Assembly (NCBI GenBank): GCA_002410925.1
Contig: DHPR01000019.1
Coordinates: forward strand, 62,001-113,276
DNA length: 51,276 nucleotides
DNA from: a bacterium UBP13_UBA5359
Lineage (GTDB): Bacteria; UBP13; UBA5359
Reading direction: 5' to 3'
The notes beneath the pieces were generated by a model. It had not been told where the DNA came from. It searched no databases and saw only the letters and a program-made list of their open reading frames with translations. A program made the position numbers and the translations under genes. Shown one piece after another: positions 40,589 through 50,263 of this stretch; position 1 is the first letter of the stretch, and every line of letters begins with the position of its first letter.

Positions 40589-41515
40589 TCACGGCTTGCT
40601 GCGCTCCTGCAGCGCATACCTACCCTCATTCCCTGAAACAAAGGTTATTGCTATACCCACGGCAATAAGCAAAATGCCGCCTGTCTGCAGCCAGGTCAAT
40701 CTCTCTCCCAGCCAGAGCCAGGCCAACAAAACAGTAAATACCGGTGAAAGATACTGCATAATGTTCAGCAGCGACAGCTTTATCAGCCGCATGCCCTCAT
40801 ACCAGGCGAAAAACGCCACTGCGGTAGGAAAAACAGCCAGGTATAGTATGTAAAGCCAAACGTTCGCATCCTGCGGCAAGATATGCTTGGCCGGTAAAAA
40901 AAGATATATCAGCCCCAATTCTACAGCGCCCAGCAGCATTACCCAGGTGGTGGCGGCATATCCGCCCCATCTCTCCACTATTCCCTTGCTGATAATCGAG
41001 TATACTGCCCAGCAGACGGCACTCCCAAAAATCATCAGATTGCCGCTTAAATTGGCAAACGAAAGATAAGCCCCGTCACTCCCTATCATATTCAAAAGCA
41101 TGATTATACCGACAAAACTTATCGCCATACCGGCCGTTTTTCGCCAGGTGATACTCTCGCCCACAAATACCCCCAGAAGTAGAATGAGCAGAGGATTCAA
41201 CTGCATGATAAAGGAACTGTTTATCGCTGTAGTAGTCTTCTGCCCATAAAAGAGCAGAACGCTCATCCCTACTATGCCAAGCAAAGCTGCCAGCGCTAGA
41301 CGAAATATGTAAAGAGAACGCAGTGCAGGAAGGACCGCCAGAACCTCATCGCGGTAATATAGCAAGCCGTAACTGAGCAGAAGAAGCCCTCCCAAAGAGA
41401 ACCTGATCGAAGATAAGGTCAACGGATCGATATAACCGCCCCCAAGCAAAAAACGAGCGCAAACAAAGGTAGTCCCCCAGAGAAAAGCGCTCAGAAAAGA
41501 CCAGAAAATACCCAT
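40589..41515 (-). CDS. EamA/DMT family transporter
   Basis: FLWGTTFV, RFSLG, two EamA repeats, about 10 TM segments, WLGERL. Confidence 0.92.
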   Translation of the reverse strand: MGIFWSFLSAFLWGTTFVCARFLLGGGYIDPLTLSSIRFSLGGLLLLSYGLLYYRDEVLAVLPALRSLYIFRLALAALLGIVGMSVLLFYGQKTTTAINSSFIMQLNPLLILLLGVFVGESITWRKTAGMAISFVGIIMLLNMIGSDGAYLSFANLSGNLMIFGSAVCWAVYSIISKGIVERWGGYAATTWVMLLGAVELGLIYLFLPAKHILPQDANVWLYILYLAVFPTAVAFFAWYEGMRLIKLSLLNIMQYLSPVFTVLLAWLWLGERLTWLQTGGILLIAVGIAITFVSGNEGRYALQERSKP

Positions 41516-41564
41516 TTAATACTCCTTGTTTATTTAAACAACCGCTACTGCTTCTTCTTCAGCC

Positions 41565-42743
41565 TCACCCTTTATCTCCCTGAGCCGCTGATGTGCTCTC
41601 GCTCTGCCCTGCAAAGACTGCCAATGCCGAAGCCACCGATCTTTCCCTGCCATCGGACGGGTTGTTTAAGAGCTTGCCGTCCAGGTAAAGAGAGCTTGAG
41701 CCGCCGCCATCTAAGTTGAGCGCATCATATGCACCCAACTTCAGCAGCAGTGCCGCTAATTCCTCCAGGGTCATACCGATACTAACGCCCGGTTGACGCC
41801 CGTCGACGGCAACTAAAAATAGAGTGCCCTCGGCAGCCAATCCCAGACCGGTACGAGGAGCTCTGCCTACGGCGATATCATCCTTGATGGCCTCCTCGCG
41901 GGCAGTGATTCTGATTCGCCCTTTTTCAGCCAATCTGGGACCGGCCCCCAGGCAATGCCAGAGAAGATTGCCGGCCTGAGGCTCAAAAGAGGCAGGCAGA
42001 GCCGGCTCCAGCCCAAGAGTGATCACCCCTGACTTGTCGATATAGAGTGCGCTACGCTTTAATAAGGGATAGCCCTCCCAGCTTCCCTCTATGACCAGAG
42101 CACCCAACGGGCAACCGTTACGATCGAAATATCCGCCGTTCACGGCAGCTATAGCGCCATTGCGCTTAGCCATAGAGCTAACGGTTTCCAATCTCTGTGC
42201 CCTGATCGGCTGCAGCCGGTAATCATTGCCCGAAGGTATTATGACCGCGTGAGCCACAACAGGACCCGCCGCAGTACCCCGGTATATGTCAACCACCTTC
42301 AGCCCCGCAACCGTACGCTCCTGGTGCTCTTCATAGATACGGCTGATATCTAACACCAACCGATTGGGGTAAGAGGCAGCAGAAGGCAGCTTATAAGCCC
42401 TGACAGGCGCCCGGTATGCCAGCTCTGCCTGCAGCTCCACCCCTCCTGCAGCCTGCTCAGCCTTGATTGACCGAACAAATCCCGCTGCCGGCACCGGCAG
42501 ATTATCGCCATCGCTAATAGTAAAACCGGATAAAGAAACTTTTAGATTACGCCCGGAAACCTCTAGCTTATAATCCTTAACGGGAACGGAGAGATCTATC
42601 ACCAGGCGATAAAGGTCACCAGTTGCCCTGCCGCGGCATCCCAGTAATTCGGGTAAGGATGCTTGATCGGCCAGCGCCATACCGGAAGCCAACGCAAGCA
42701 ATGGTATCAGCAAGCTGATAACTTTAAACCGCTGTAGCTTCAT
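41565..42743 (-). CDS. Secreted phosphodiester glycosidase (NAGPA/DUF2233) family protein with an N-terminal AMIN-like region
   Basis: Signal peptide; RLVIDL/RLVLDI repeats; AAVNGGYF, GAGPRL, APRTGLG, VDGRQ, ALNLDGGGSS. Confidence 0.88.
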   Translation of the reverse strand: MKLQRFKVISLLIPLLALASGMALADQASLPELLGCRGRATGDLYRLVIDLSVPVKDYKLEVSGRNLKVSLSGFTISDGDNLPVPAAGFVRSIKAEQAAGGVELQAELAYRAPVRAYKLPSAASYPNRLVLDISRIYEEHQERTVAGLKVVDIYRGTAAGPVVAHAVIIPSGNDYRLQPIRAQRLETVSSMAKRNGAIAAVNGGYFDRNGCPLGALVIEGSWEGYPLLKRSALYIDKSGVITLGLEPALPASFEPQAGNLLWHCLGAGPRLAEKGRIRITAREEAIKDDIAVGRAPRTGLGLAAEGTLFLVAVDGRQPGVSIGMTLEELAALLLKLGAYDALNLDGGGSSSLYLDGKLLNNPSDGRERSVASALAVFAGQSESTSAAQGDKG

Positions 42744-43771
42744 TTAATAGCACTCTTCCTTATGGTTGCCATGCTCCTGGATAAAATATCTATCTCATCC
42801 AAAGCCCGGCCGGTGCCTATAGCCACGCAACTAAGCGGATCATCCGCCACCGTCACTCTGATGTGCGTAGCCTCCTGTAAAATTAGATTGAGCCCTCGCA
42901 ACAGAGCACCGCCTCCGGTCAGCGTCAATCCCGTCTCAATAATATCAGCGGCCAGTTCCGGCGGCGTACGCTCCAGCACCGCCTTGACCTGCTTGGCTAT
43001 ATTGAGAACCGTCTCCTGAAGCGCCTCGCGTACATCTTCTTCGCTAACCGGAATAGTGCAGGGCAGGCCGGTAACACCATCGCGCCCCCTTATCTCCATG
43101 CGCCGGGGTTCGCCTACAGAATAAACGGAACCCACTCGCATTTTAATCTCCTCAGCAGTCGGCTCACCGATTACCACATTATACTCCTTCTTGACATGCT
43201 TGATCAGCGCTTCTTCCATTCTGTCACCGCCAATCCGCACAGATGAACTGACCACCACGCCGCCTAGAGAGATAACTGCAATATCCGTGGTGCCCCCACC
43301 GATATCCACTACCATATGCCCCAGAGCCTCACACACCGGTAACCCGGCTCCGATGGCCGCAGCCATCGATTCTTCTATCAGAAAGGCCTGCTTGGCCCCG
43401 GCATGCAAAGTGGCATCCAGAACAGCCCGGCGTTCCACGCCGGTAGCCCCGGAAGGAACGCAGATAACTATTCTCGGTTTAAAAAAGCGGCTTGTACCAC
43501 AAACTTTAGCAATGAAATATTGCAGCATGCTTTCAGTAATGGAGTAATTGGCAATAACGCCGTTTTGCAGCGGCCTGACGGCTATAATGCTGTCGGGAGT
43601 CTTGCCCAGCATCTGCCTGGCTTCCGTACCTACGGCCATGATACGCTTGGTTTCCTTGTTGACGGCAACCACAGACGGCTCACGCAAGACTATACCTTTG
43701 CCCTTGACATAAACCAGAGCGTTGGTCGTTCCCAGGTCTATCCCTATATTGAGCCCAAAATTGCCTAACAT
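42740..43771 (-). CDS. mreB: Rod shape-determining actin homolog (MreB/Mbl family)
   Basis: [53 protein letters not shown] 43771 with a GAGGTGG RBS. Confidence 0.94.
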   Translation of the reverse strand: MLGNFGLNIGIDLGTTNALVYVKGKGIVLREPSVVAVNKETKRIMAVGTEARQMLGKTPDSIIAVRPLQNGVIANYSITESMLQYFIAKVCGTSRFFKPRIVICVPSGATGVERRAVLDATLHAGAKQAFLIEESMAAAIGAGLPVCEALGHMVVDIGGGTTDIAVISLGGVVVSSSVRIGGDRMEEALIKHVKKEYNVVIGEPTAEEIKMRVGSVYSVGEPRRMEIRGRDGVTGLPCTIPVSEEDVREALQETVLNIAKQVKAVLERTPPELAADIIETGLTLTGGGALLRGLNLILQEATHIRVTVADDPLSCVAIGTGRALDEIDILSRSMATIRKSAIK

Positions 43772-43834
43772 TAACGCCACCTCAATAAGATTGCGGATTA
43801 CCACTGTGAATACAAGGCAATCACTTATTACTAC

Positions 43835-43870
43835 TATATTCTAGTGTATATGATGACTATCCTGCAATGG
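43835..43870 (-). promoter_or_regulatory. Promoter-like repeat, copy 2 (upstream of mreB)
   Basis: Minus strand TTGCAG-18 nt-TAGAAT; shares an 18-nt and a 14-nt identical block with 40519-40553. Confidence 0.65.
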
Positions 43871-43892
43871 AGGGTTCTCGATCGAACTATTC

Positions 43893-45125
43893 TTATTCCG
43901 CGCGCTCTGCCTTATATACCTTCAGCGCCTGCGGAAAGGGCTGCAGCGCTCTCTCAAAGATGCCCAGAGAGTAGGCGATGGTAAGGCCATAGTTGGTGAT
44001 AGGCACGCCGTATTGCCTGGCGCGAACGATGCGACTGAGCATGGCTTTTCGGTTCCACATGCAGGCCCCGCAGTGAATGATGAGCTTGTAATCGCGAATA
44101 TTCTCCGGAAAATCCTGCCCCTGGAAGTGATCGAAGTGTAGCTTGCCGCCCACATACCGGGCCAGCCAGCGTGGGATCTTCGCCCGGCCGATATCGTCGC
44201 CGATGGGATGATGAGTGCAGGCCTCGCAGATCAGCACTTTATCGCCGGGCTGCAGCTCGTCTATAGTCATGGCACCGCGTACCATCTCAGTCAAATCGCC
44301 CTTGAAGCGAGCAAAGAGAATGGAGAAGGAGGTCATAGGCACTTCCATCGGAGTATCAGACGCCACCTTGAGAAAGGCCTGTGAATCCGTCACCACCAGA
44401 GCAGGCGGAGTTTTAAGGCGATTCAAGGCAGATGGAAAATCGCGCTCCTTGACCACCATAACGCAGGCATCGTTATCCAGCGCATCCCTGATAGTCTGCA
44501 CCTGCGGCAGTATCAGGCGCCCCCTGGGCGCCTCCAGATCGATAGGCACCACCAGCACTACCAGCTCCCCCGATGGCAGAAGATCACCTATAATAGATTG
44601 CAGATTGACAGCCTCTTCAGGAGCAGCCTTAATTATGTGTTCTCGCAATTCGTCGATGCCCTGCCCGGTGAGAGCAGAGATGAGAACCGGTTCTTCGCCT
44701 TTAGATCGTAATATCTCCATAACATCCGGCTCAGGCGTAACTTCATCCACCTTATTGATTACGATAAGGGCCGGAACAGCTCTCTGCTTCAGCTCAGCGT
44801 AAAGCTCCTCTTCGTAGCTTCCCCATCCCCGCCCCTCGATAATCAACAGTGCCAGATCGGCACGCTCGAAAACGGACATGGTCTTTCTGATTCTCAGACG
44901 ACCCAGATCACCTGTATCATCCGTACCGGCGGTATCTATAAAGAGTACAGGACCCAGCGGCAGCATCTCCATGGCCTTCTCCACCGGATCGGTAGTTGTC
45001 CCGGCCTGATCGGAAACTATAGATACACTCTGCCCCACAAGAGAATTGAGCACGGATGATTTACCTACGTTCCGGCGCCCGAAAATGGCTATATGCAGTC
45101 TCATACCTTTGTTGGTTTTTTCCAT
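43893..45125 (-). CDS. hydF: [FeFe]-hydrogenase maturation GTPase HydF
   Basis: GRRNVGKSS, GTTTDPV, DTAG, NKVD, GRLILPQVQ, CEACTHH...HCGAC cluster ligands. Start at ATG 45125; ORF open to 45212. Confidence 0.96.
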   Translation of the reverse strand: MEKTNKGMRLHIAIFGRRNVGKSSVLNSLVGQSVSIVSDQAGTTTDPVEKAMEMLPLGPVLFIDTAGTDDTGDLGRLRIRKTMSVFERADLALLIIEGRGWGSYEEELYAELKQRAVPALIVINKVDEVTPEPDVMEILRSKGEEPVLISALTGQGIDELREHIIKAAPEEAVNLQSIIGDLLPSGELVVLVVPIDLEAPRGRLILPQVQTIRDALDNDACVMVVKERDFPSALNRLKTPPALVVTDSQAFLKVASDTPMEVPMTSFSILFARFKGDLTEMVRGAMTIDELQPGDKVLICEACTHHPIGDDIGRAKIPRWLARYVGGKLHFDHFQGQDFPENIRDYKLIIHCGACMWNRKAMLSRIVRARQYGVPITNYGLTIAYSLGIFERALQPFPQALKVYKAERAE

Positions 45126-45161
45126 TACGCTTACACCGCTTTCATTATCGAACGTTATAAA

Positions 45162-45190
45162 AGTATAATCTCCAGCCGTGATATTAGCAA
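45162..45190 (-). promoter_or_regulatory. Sigma70-type promoter of hydF
   Basis: Minus strand TTGCTA (45185-45190), 17-nt spacer, TATACT (45162-45167). Confidence 0.6.
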
Positions 45191-45204
45191 GAAGCAGTGG
45201 CTCA

Positions 45205-46434
45205 TCAGACATGCAGGCCTGACTGATAATAGAATCGCGCAGCAGAGAGGCAGCAGATATCTCCCACCAGCATGGCTAAAAGAATAACTATAGCCAGCGG
45301 TAAGGTGAACCGGCGCGGCAACAGGGCAGAAAGTCCGGAACCCGTAAGAATAGCCACAGCCGGCAGCGCCGCCAGAAGATAACGCCCGCCCTCTACGGCT
45401 CGATAATCAACAGTCAGAGCATAATAAATGATACCGGCCAACGTAAATGCTACCACTCCCAGCAGAAGAAGGCTGATATTACGATAGGCTCTATGCTGCC
45501 GGGCAAGCCGGATAATACCGCTAATCGGCAACAACGGCAGAAGAAATGCTGCCGCCGTATAGATATGAAGATTGCTCAAGAACCGCCTGATTATCCATAG
45601 GGGTGTCCAGAATGAAATTATCGTCCGTTGCAGGATAGTGCTGATCGGTTTGATGAATAAATCTAAATTTGCCAGCAGCATTATTATATCCATATTCTTT
45701 TGTATCGGCATCTGGCAGGAGTAATAAATCAGCTGGCCGTAACGCAGGTAGTTGAGGACATACCACCATCCGCTGATAACTAAGGTGGTCAAGGCAAAGA
45801 CTCCCGCCAGACCAAGAACTTTATTTATGCCCAGAGAGGAACGTTTCCTCCAAAGCAGCACTGCAAAGAGGAAGGGCATGACAAAGGAAGTCTGCTTGGC
45901 CAGAAAGCCTATGCCCGTAGCCAGCCCCGTATAAAAAGAGAGACGTTTATCAAGAGATCTATTCTTCAGGGAGATCATCAGCAGATAGAGAAAGAGACTG
46001 AAAGCAAATGTTGCCAGAAGATCGTTATTAATGACTCCGCTTTCCAAGGAGAAAAGCGGGTGAAAGGCCATCGTTCCCACAGAGAGCAACAAGAGTGCCG
46101 GCTTGTCTGGAAAGAGGGCTGCCAGGCCGGATCCTATCAACAGCAATGATGCCAGCCCTAATAATAGTGACAGAAGCCTGATTGCATGCAAACGCCCATT
46201 CTCTGATAAAAACGGTGTGGCAACGTACACAACCGCTCCCAGAGCGTAATAAAGCGGTGGATGCTGAGCCTGATGCGTTTCCGCAGTCTGCGGCAGGCGG
46301 TGCTCCAGCGCCAGCACCTTAATGTATTTGAGATGAGCGACCTCATCCGGGCCCCCGCCGGGAGCAACCACAAAATTATAGACTGATGCTACGAGCAGAT
46401 AACACAGAATTATGCCCCTGAGCAGATATTTCAT
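45205..46434 (-). CDS. GT-C fold membrane glycosyltransferase (ArnT/GT39/DUF2142-like)
   Basis: PDEVAH after the first TM, HPPLYY, INNDLL, LAKQT, WWY..N, GRYLL; about 10 TM segments. Confidence 0.8.
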   Translation of the reverse strand: MKYLLRGIILCYLLVASVYNFVVAPGGGPDEVAHLKYIKVLALEHRLPQTAETHQAQHPPLYYALGAVVYVATPFLSENGRLHAIRLLSLLLGLASLLLIGSGLAALFPDKPALLLLSVGTMAFHPLFSLESGVINNDLLATFAFSLFLYLLMISLKNRSLDKRLSFYTGLATGIGFLAKQTSFVMPFLFAVLLWRKRSSLGINKVLGLAGVFALTTLVISGWWYVLNYLRYGQLIYYSCQMPIQKNMDIIMLLANLDLFIKPISTILQRTIISFWTPLWIIRRFLSNLHIYTAAAFLLPLLPISGIIRLARQHRAYRNISLLLLGVVAFTLAGIIYYALTVDYRAVEGGRYLLAALPAVAILTGSGLSALLPRRFTLPLAIVILLAMLVGDICCLSAARFYYQSGLHV

Positions 46435-46482
46435 GCCTGTTACACCACCCCAGGCAACATTAACAGATACCGGCGCGGCCTG

Positions 46483-47757
46483 TCAATGCGCTCCTTCGCA
46501 GCCTACCCAGTTCATAATAACTCTGAGATAAACTTCTATGGCTTGCAAATACTCTTTAAGGGGAAGCGTTTCATCTATATGATGAGCCTGAGCCAGCTCT
46601 CCAGGCCCGCATATGAAAGTGGGTATGCCGCCGGTATTATTCAGAATACGAGCATCAGCACCGGAAGGCAGACCGGTAATCACTTCCCGTCCGGCAGCCA
46701 TCTTTACAGCTTCTTTCAGAACTTTAACCAAAGGATGAGCGGTAGAAGCTTCATACGGAGAGGTGTTCAGCAGCCATTCCAGTTCCGGCGGATTATCCCT
46801 GAGCCAGGGATTCACGCCGGCTATAGCGTTTATGCGCTTCTCTATCTCCGCTCTGACATCTTCCGTTCTCTCTGCAGGTAAATATTTTATATTTACTTTC
46901 GCTTCGCATTCAGCCGGGATAATAGAGGCCCCATTTCCACCATTAAGCTGGCAAAAGGATATGGTAGGCGAAGGGAGAAGAGGGTGTTTCTTGACAACAG
47001 ACCATTCACGCTCCAAACTTGCCAGAGCTCTCATCAACTCTACCATCTTCTCAACGGCATTCACCCCCTTGCTCTTCATGGAAGCATGAGTGGATATGCC
47101 TCTGGTCCTGATTCTTAAATGCATAGCACCCCGATGCGCACAGGCTATCTCCAGGCCGGTAGGCTCGGCAATAATAGCAGCATCAGCCTTATAGCCTCTG
47201 TCAACGCAGGCCAACGTTCCATTGCCGCCGCCCTCTTCATCCACGACGCTTTGAAAGATGATATCGCCCTTCAACCGCAGCTTCATTCCTTTGGCAATCT
47301 TCACAGCCATAAGCATGGCCGCCAATCCGCCTTTCATATCCACCGCGCCCAGGCCGGTTATCCCTTGCCCCCCCGTAGTGATAGTGCCGCTGTGCGGATG
47401 GTATTTCCAGAGAGCAATATCTCCCGGCGAAACGGTATCCGCATGGCCGTTCAGTATCAGCGAGCACCCACCGCCGCTGCCTTCGAAAACTCCCACCACG
47501 TTGGGTCGGCCGGTATAATCATGCTCCGGATTGAAATCCGGATATTGTTCGAGCCGAGTATTCTCCGGCTCGAACATATCCACTTTTGCGCCGACGGCTC
47601 TCAATTCACCAGCGATATACTCCTGAACCAGGCTCTCTCTGCCCTGCCGCCCCTGCTCTATAACCTGACTATCGAAAGCTATGAGCCGTTTCAGCAGATG
47701 AATAGCTTGAGCCTCGTTTTCCTCAACTAACCGTACAACATTCGCAGCCTGTTGCAT
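46483..47757 (-). CDS. ArgE/DapE family (M20A) deacylase
   Basis: LNGHADTV, GAVDMKGG, VVDEEGGGNG, IIAEPT, GPG...AHHIDE. Confidence 0.92.
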   Translation of the reverse strand: MQQAANVVRLVEENEAQAIHLLKRLIAFDSQVIEQGRQGRESLVQEYIAGELRAVGAKVDMFEPENTRLEQYPDFNPEHDYTGRPNVVGVFEGSGGGCSLILNGHADTVSPGDIALWKYHPHSGTITTGGQGITGLGAVDMKGGLAAMLMAVKIAKGMKLRLKGDIIFQSVVDEEGGGNGTLACVDRGYKADAAIIAEPTGLEIACAHRGAMHLRIRTRGISTHASMKSKGVNAVEKMVELMRALASLEREWSVVKKHPLLPSPTISFCQLNGGNGASIIPAECEAKVNIKYLPAERTEDVRAEIEKRINAIAGVNPWLRDNPPELEWLLNTSPYEASTAHPLVKVLKEAVKMAAGREVITGLPSGADARILNNTGGIPTFICGPGELAQAHHIDETLPLKEYLQAIEVYLRVIMNWVGCEGAH

Positions 47758-49141
47758 CTCTGCATCCCTCTACCACCGATATCACCTCATCGAGAATGGT
47801 CAACCCCATATCTACCTCTCTTCTGGTAATAATCAGCGGCGCTACGATATTTATGCGGTTGCCGAAATGCCCCGATATAGTCAGCAAGAGGCCTCGCTTG
47901 ACCGCCTCTCTGATGATCCGCATAGTCTCCTCCGAGGCCGGTTCCTTGGTCTCACGATTCTTAACAAATTCCAGTGAAAGCATGAGAGCCTTGCCCTGTA
48001 CCTGGCCTATTATTTTGTGCTTGCGCTGCAGTTCCTTCAGCCCTTCCAGGAAATAGCCGCCCACATCGACCGCATTGGCCATCAGCTTATCTCGTTCCAG
48101 CACCTCAATCATTGCCAGCGCAGCTGCCGCTCCAACCGGATTGCCGGAGAAGGTAACGCTCTGCTTGATCGGCTGAAAGGTGTCCATAATATCCGTACGA
48201 GCGATAATGGCCGCATTGGGGAAGGTGCCGGCCGTAAAGGCCTTGCCCACCATCATGATATCAGGATAGGTATCCCATGTTTCAATGGCAAAATACTTCC
48301 CTGACCTACCCCAGCCCATCTGAATCTCATCATCTATCAACAGGATATCATATTTATCGCAAAGTCGACGTACTCCCTGCCAGAAGCCTTCCGGAGGTAT
48401 AATATATCCCCCGGCTCCCTGTGCAGGCTCCATCAGAATACCGGCCACTAGATTCGTTCCTTTTTTTCTATCTATCAGGCCCCAGGTGGGATCAGACAAA
48501 AGGTTCTCCAGATACTCAAGACAGAACATCCCGCAATTGCCCTTTTCACGCCCAAAGGGACAGCGATAGCAATATGGATACGGCACCCTGACAGATCCCT
48601 CCATCAGAGGGAAAAATCCCTCCTTAAGAAAGGCAAAGCTGCTCATGGTCAGAGTACCGAAGGAGCGACCGTGGTAAGCTCCATGAAAGCAGAGAATATA
48701 TGGCCGACCAGTATGAGCCTTGGCCAGCTTCATGCCCACTTCCACCGCGTTGGTGCCTCCGGTATCATACTGTACTTTGCTGTTGTTTTTCAGCTTTCCC
48801 GGCGCTATTTCAATCAACTTTTTAGCCAGTTCCACCCGCACCGGTGTCGGCTGCTGTGCAGTGTGATGAACTCTCTTCATCTGCTTATCAATAGCGGCTA
48901 TAACCTCTTTGGGGCAATGCCCCAGATTCAGAGCAGCAAAACCACTGGTCAGATCCAGAAAGGTATTGCCGTCGATATCCTTGACGAAAAGCCCTTCAGC
49001 CTCCTCGATAATCGGTGGTATGCCGTAATTGGCAAAACAGAGATCGCCTTTGGACTCATAGGCTTTCATCTCTTCCAGCATCTTTACCGTCTTCGGCCCC
49101 GGAAAGGAGACCTTCATTTCGACTCTCTTCTCCACCATCAT
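47723..49141 (-). CDS. Class III PLP-dependent aminotransferase (GabT-like fold)
   Basis: DIDGNTFLD, LGHC, FHGAYHGRS, EPAQGAGG, DDEIQMGWGRSG, GKA (PLP Lys), TFSGNP. Confidence 0.92.
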   Translation of the reverse strand: MMVEKRVEMKVSFPGPKTVKMLEEMKAYESKGDLCFANYGIPPIIEEAEGLFVKDIDGNTFLDLTSGFAALNLGHCPKEVIAAIDKQMKRVHHTAQQPTPVRVELAKKLIEIAPGKLKNNSKVQYDTGGTNAVEVGMKLAKAHTGRPYILCFHGAYHGRSFGTLTMSSFAFLKEGFFPLMEGSVRVPYPYCYRCPFGREKGNCGMFCLEYLENLLSDPTWGLIDRKKGTNLVAGILMEPAQGAGGYIIPPEGFWQGVRRLCDKYDILLIDDEIQMGWGRSGKYFAIETWDTYPDIMMVGKAFTAGTFPNAAIIARTDIMDTFQPIKQSVTFSGNPVGAAAALAMIEVLERDKLMANAVDVGGYFLEGLKELQRKHKIIGQVQGKALMLSLEFVKNRETKEPASEETMRIIREAVKRGLLLTISGHFGNRINIVAPLIITRREVDMGLTILDEVISVVEGCRDATGCECCTVS

Positions 49142-49244
49142 TTACCTCCCGCCTTTATATGCGCCCTGTGGGCATAGTTGTTGATTACCGGTTGTTCGTT
49201 ATCGGTTTTAAGCTCCCTTGCAGGCTCTCTTACTCTCTATCTCC

Positions 49245-50213
49245 TCAAAAAGCGACCACTCTTCCGCTGTCGATGGATTGCAGTATGGCCAGAGCTACCG
49301 CCAGGGACTTGCGTCCCTCGACTCCGTTGCATATAGGCTCGCTGTCCTCCCTGATACAGCGAATAAAGTGCTCAACCTCTTCCCTGACGCCGTCACTGCC
49401 GGGATAGCCATACTCCTCCACTTCCTCTTTGCCTCTATCCAGCAGACGCAGATTGAAGGGATAATCCAACTTGCCCTCTATCTGGGCCAGCCCGCCTTCA
49501 TAGTGAATGTCCAGATATTCTCGGCTGATGCGCCTATCCGAGGTGCACCCCCCGCCGATGGCGGCGATGGCTCCGTTCTTGAACCTCAGAGTGAAGATGA
49601 CGGAATCAGGCAGGGTGGGATGTTTGAATACGGCTCTGTTTCCTTCGGCATAAACGCTCTCCACATCTCCCATAAGATAAATCAGGCCGTCGATGGCATG
49701 CACTACGTTTTCTACGATGATACCTCTGGTACCTTTCTCCTGAAACTTCCAGCCGGGATCATCCACCTTCCATAGAGGATAGGTATACATGGCCCACAAC
49801 GGCTTGCCGAAGTCTGCGGTTCTGGCTTTCAGGTGAGCAAAGCTGCCGCTAAAGCGATGCTTGAAGGCTACCATCAGCTTGATTTTATTCTCCCGGGCGG
49901 CAGCTATCATAGCATCGCAATCTTCCAGTGTGGCGGCCATGGGCTTCTCGCAGAAGACATGGATGCCTCGCTCTGCTGCCTGCAGAGCGATTTCTTTATG
50001 AATGGTGGGTGGAGTGGCGATAACTATGGCATCAGGTCGCTCCTTATCCATCATCTCTTTGCTCTCTTTATAGAACCTGGCGCCGTGCAAATCTCTGCTG
50101 ACCGAGCTCTTATTGGCTACGGCCGGCACCTCCACGCCGGGGGTGTGGCGAAAGAAGTCCATCAACTGCTCTCCCCACCAGCCTAAGCCTACTATGCCTA
50201 CTCTTACCGACAC
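49245..50213 (-). CDS. Gfo/Idh/MocA family dehydrogenase
   Basis: VGIVGLGWWG, IATPPTIH, FCEKPMA, VHAID. GTG start 50213 with a GAGGAGG RBS. Confidence 0.92.
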   Translation of the reverse strand: MSVRVGIVGLGWWGEQLMDFFRHTPGVEVPAVANKSSVSRDLHGARFYKESKEMMDKERPDAIVIATPPTIHKEIALQAAERGIHVFCEKPMAATLEDCDAMIAAARENKIKLMVAFKHRFSGSFAHLKARTADFGKPLWAMYTYPLWKVDDPGWKFQEKGTRGIIVENVVHAIDGLIYLMGDVESVYAEGNRAVFKHPTLPDSVIFTLRFKNGAIAAIGGGCTSDRRISREYLDIHYEGGLAQIEGKLDYPFNLRLLDRGKEEVEEYGYPGSDGVREEVEHFIRCIREDSEPICNGVEGRKSLAVALAILQSIDSGRVVAF

Positions 50214-50263
50214 GATTGCTCCTCCTCTTTTTGATGAAATCAGACCTGTATCTTTGATAATTG

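Noticed and set aside
46483-49141. Plain argD/argE arginine biosynthesis genes
   Set aside because: No other arg genes are present, the aminotransferase is longer and GabT-like, and the context is kinase, dehydrogenase and Ino1-like. Not fully excluded without a phylogeny.
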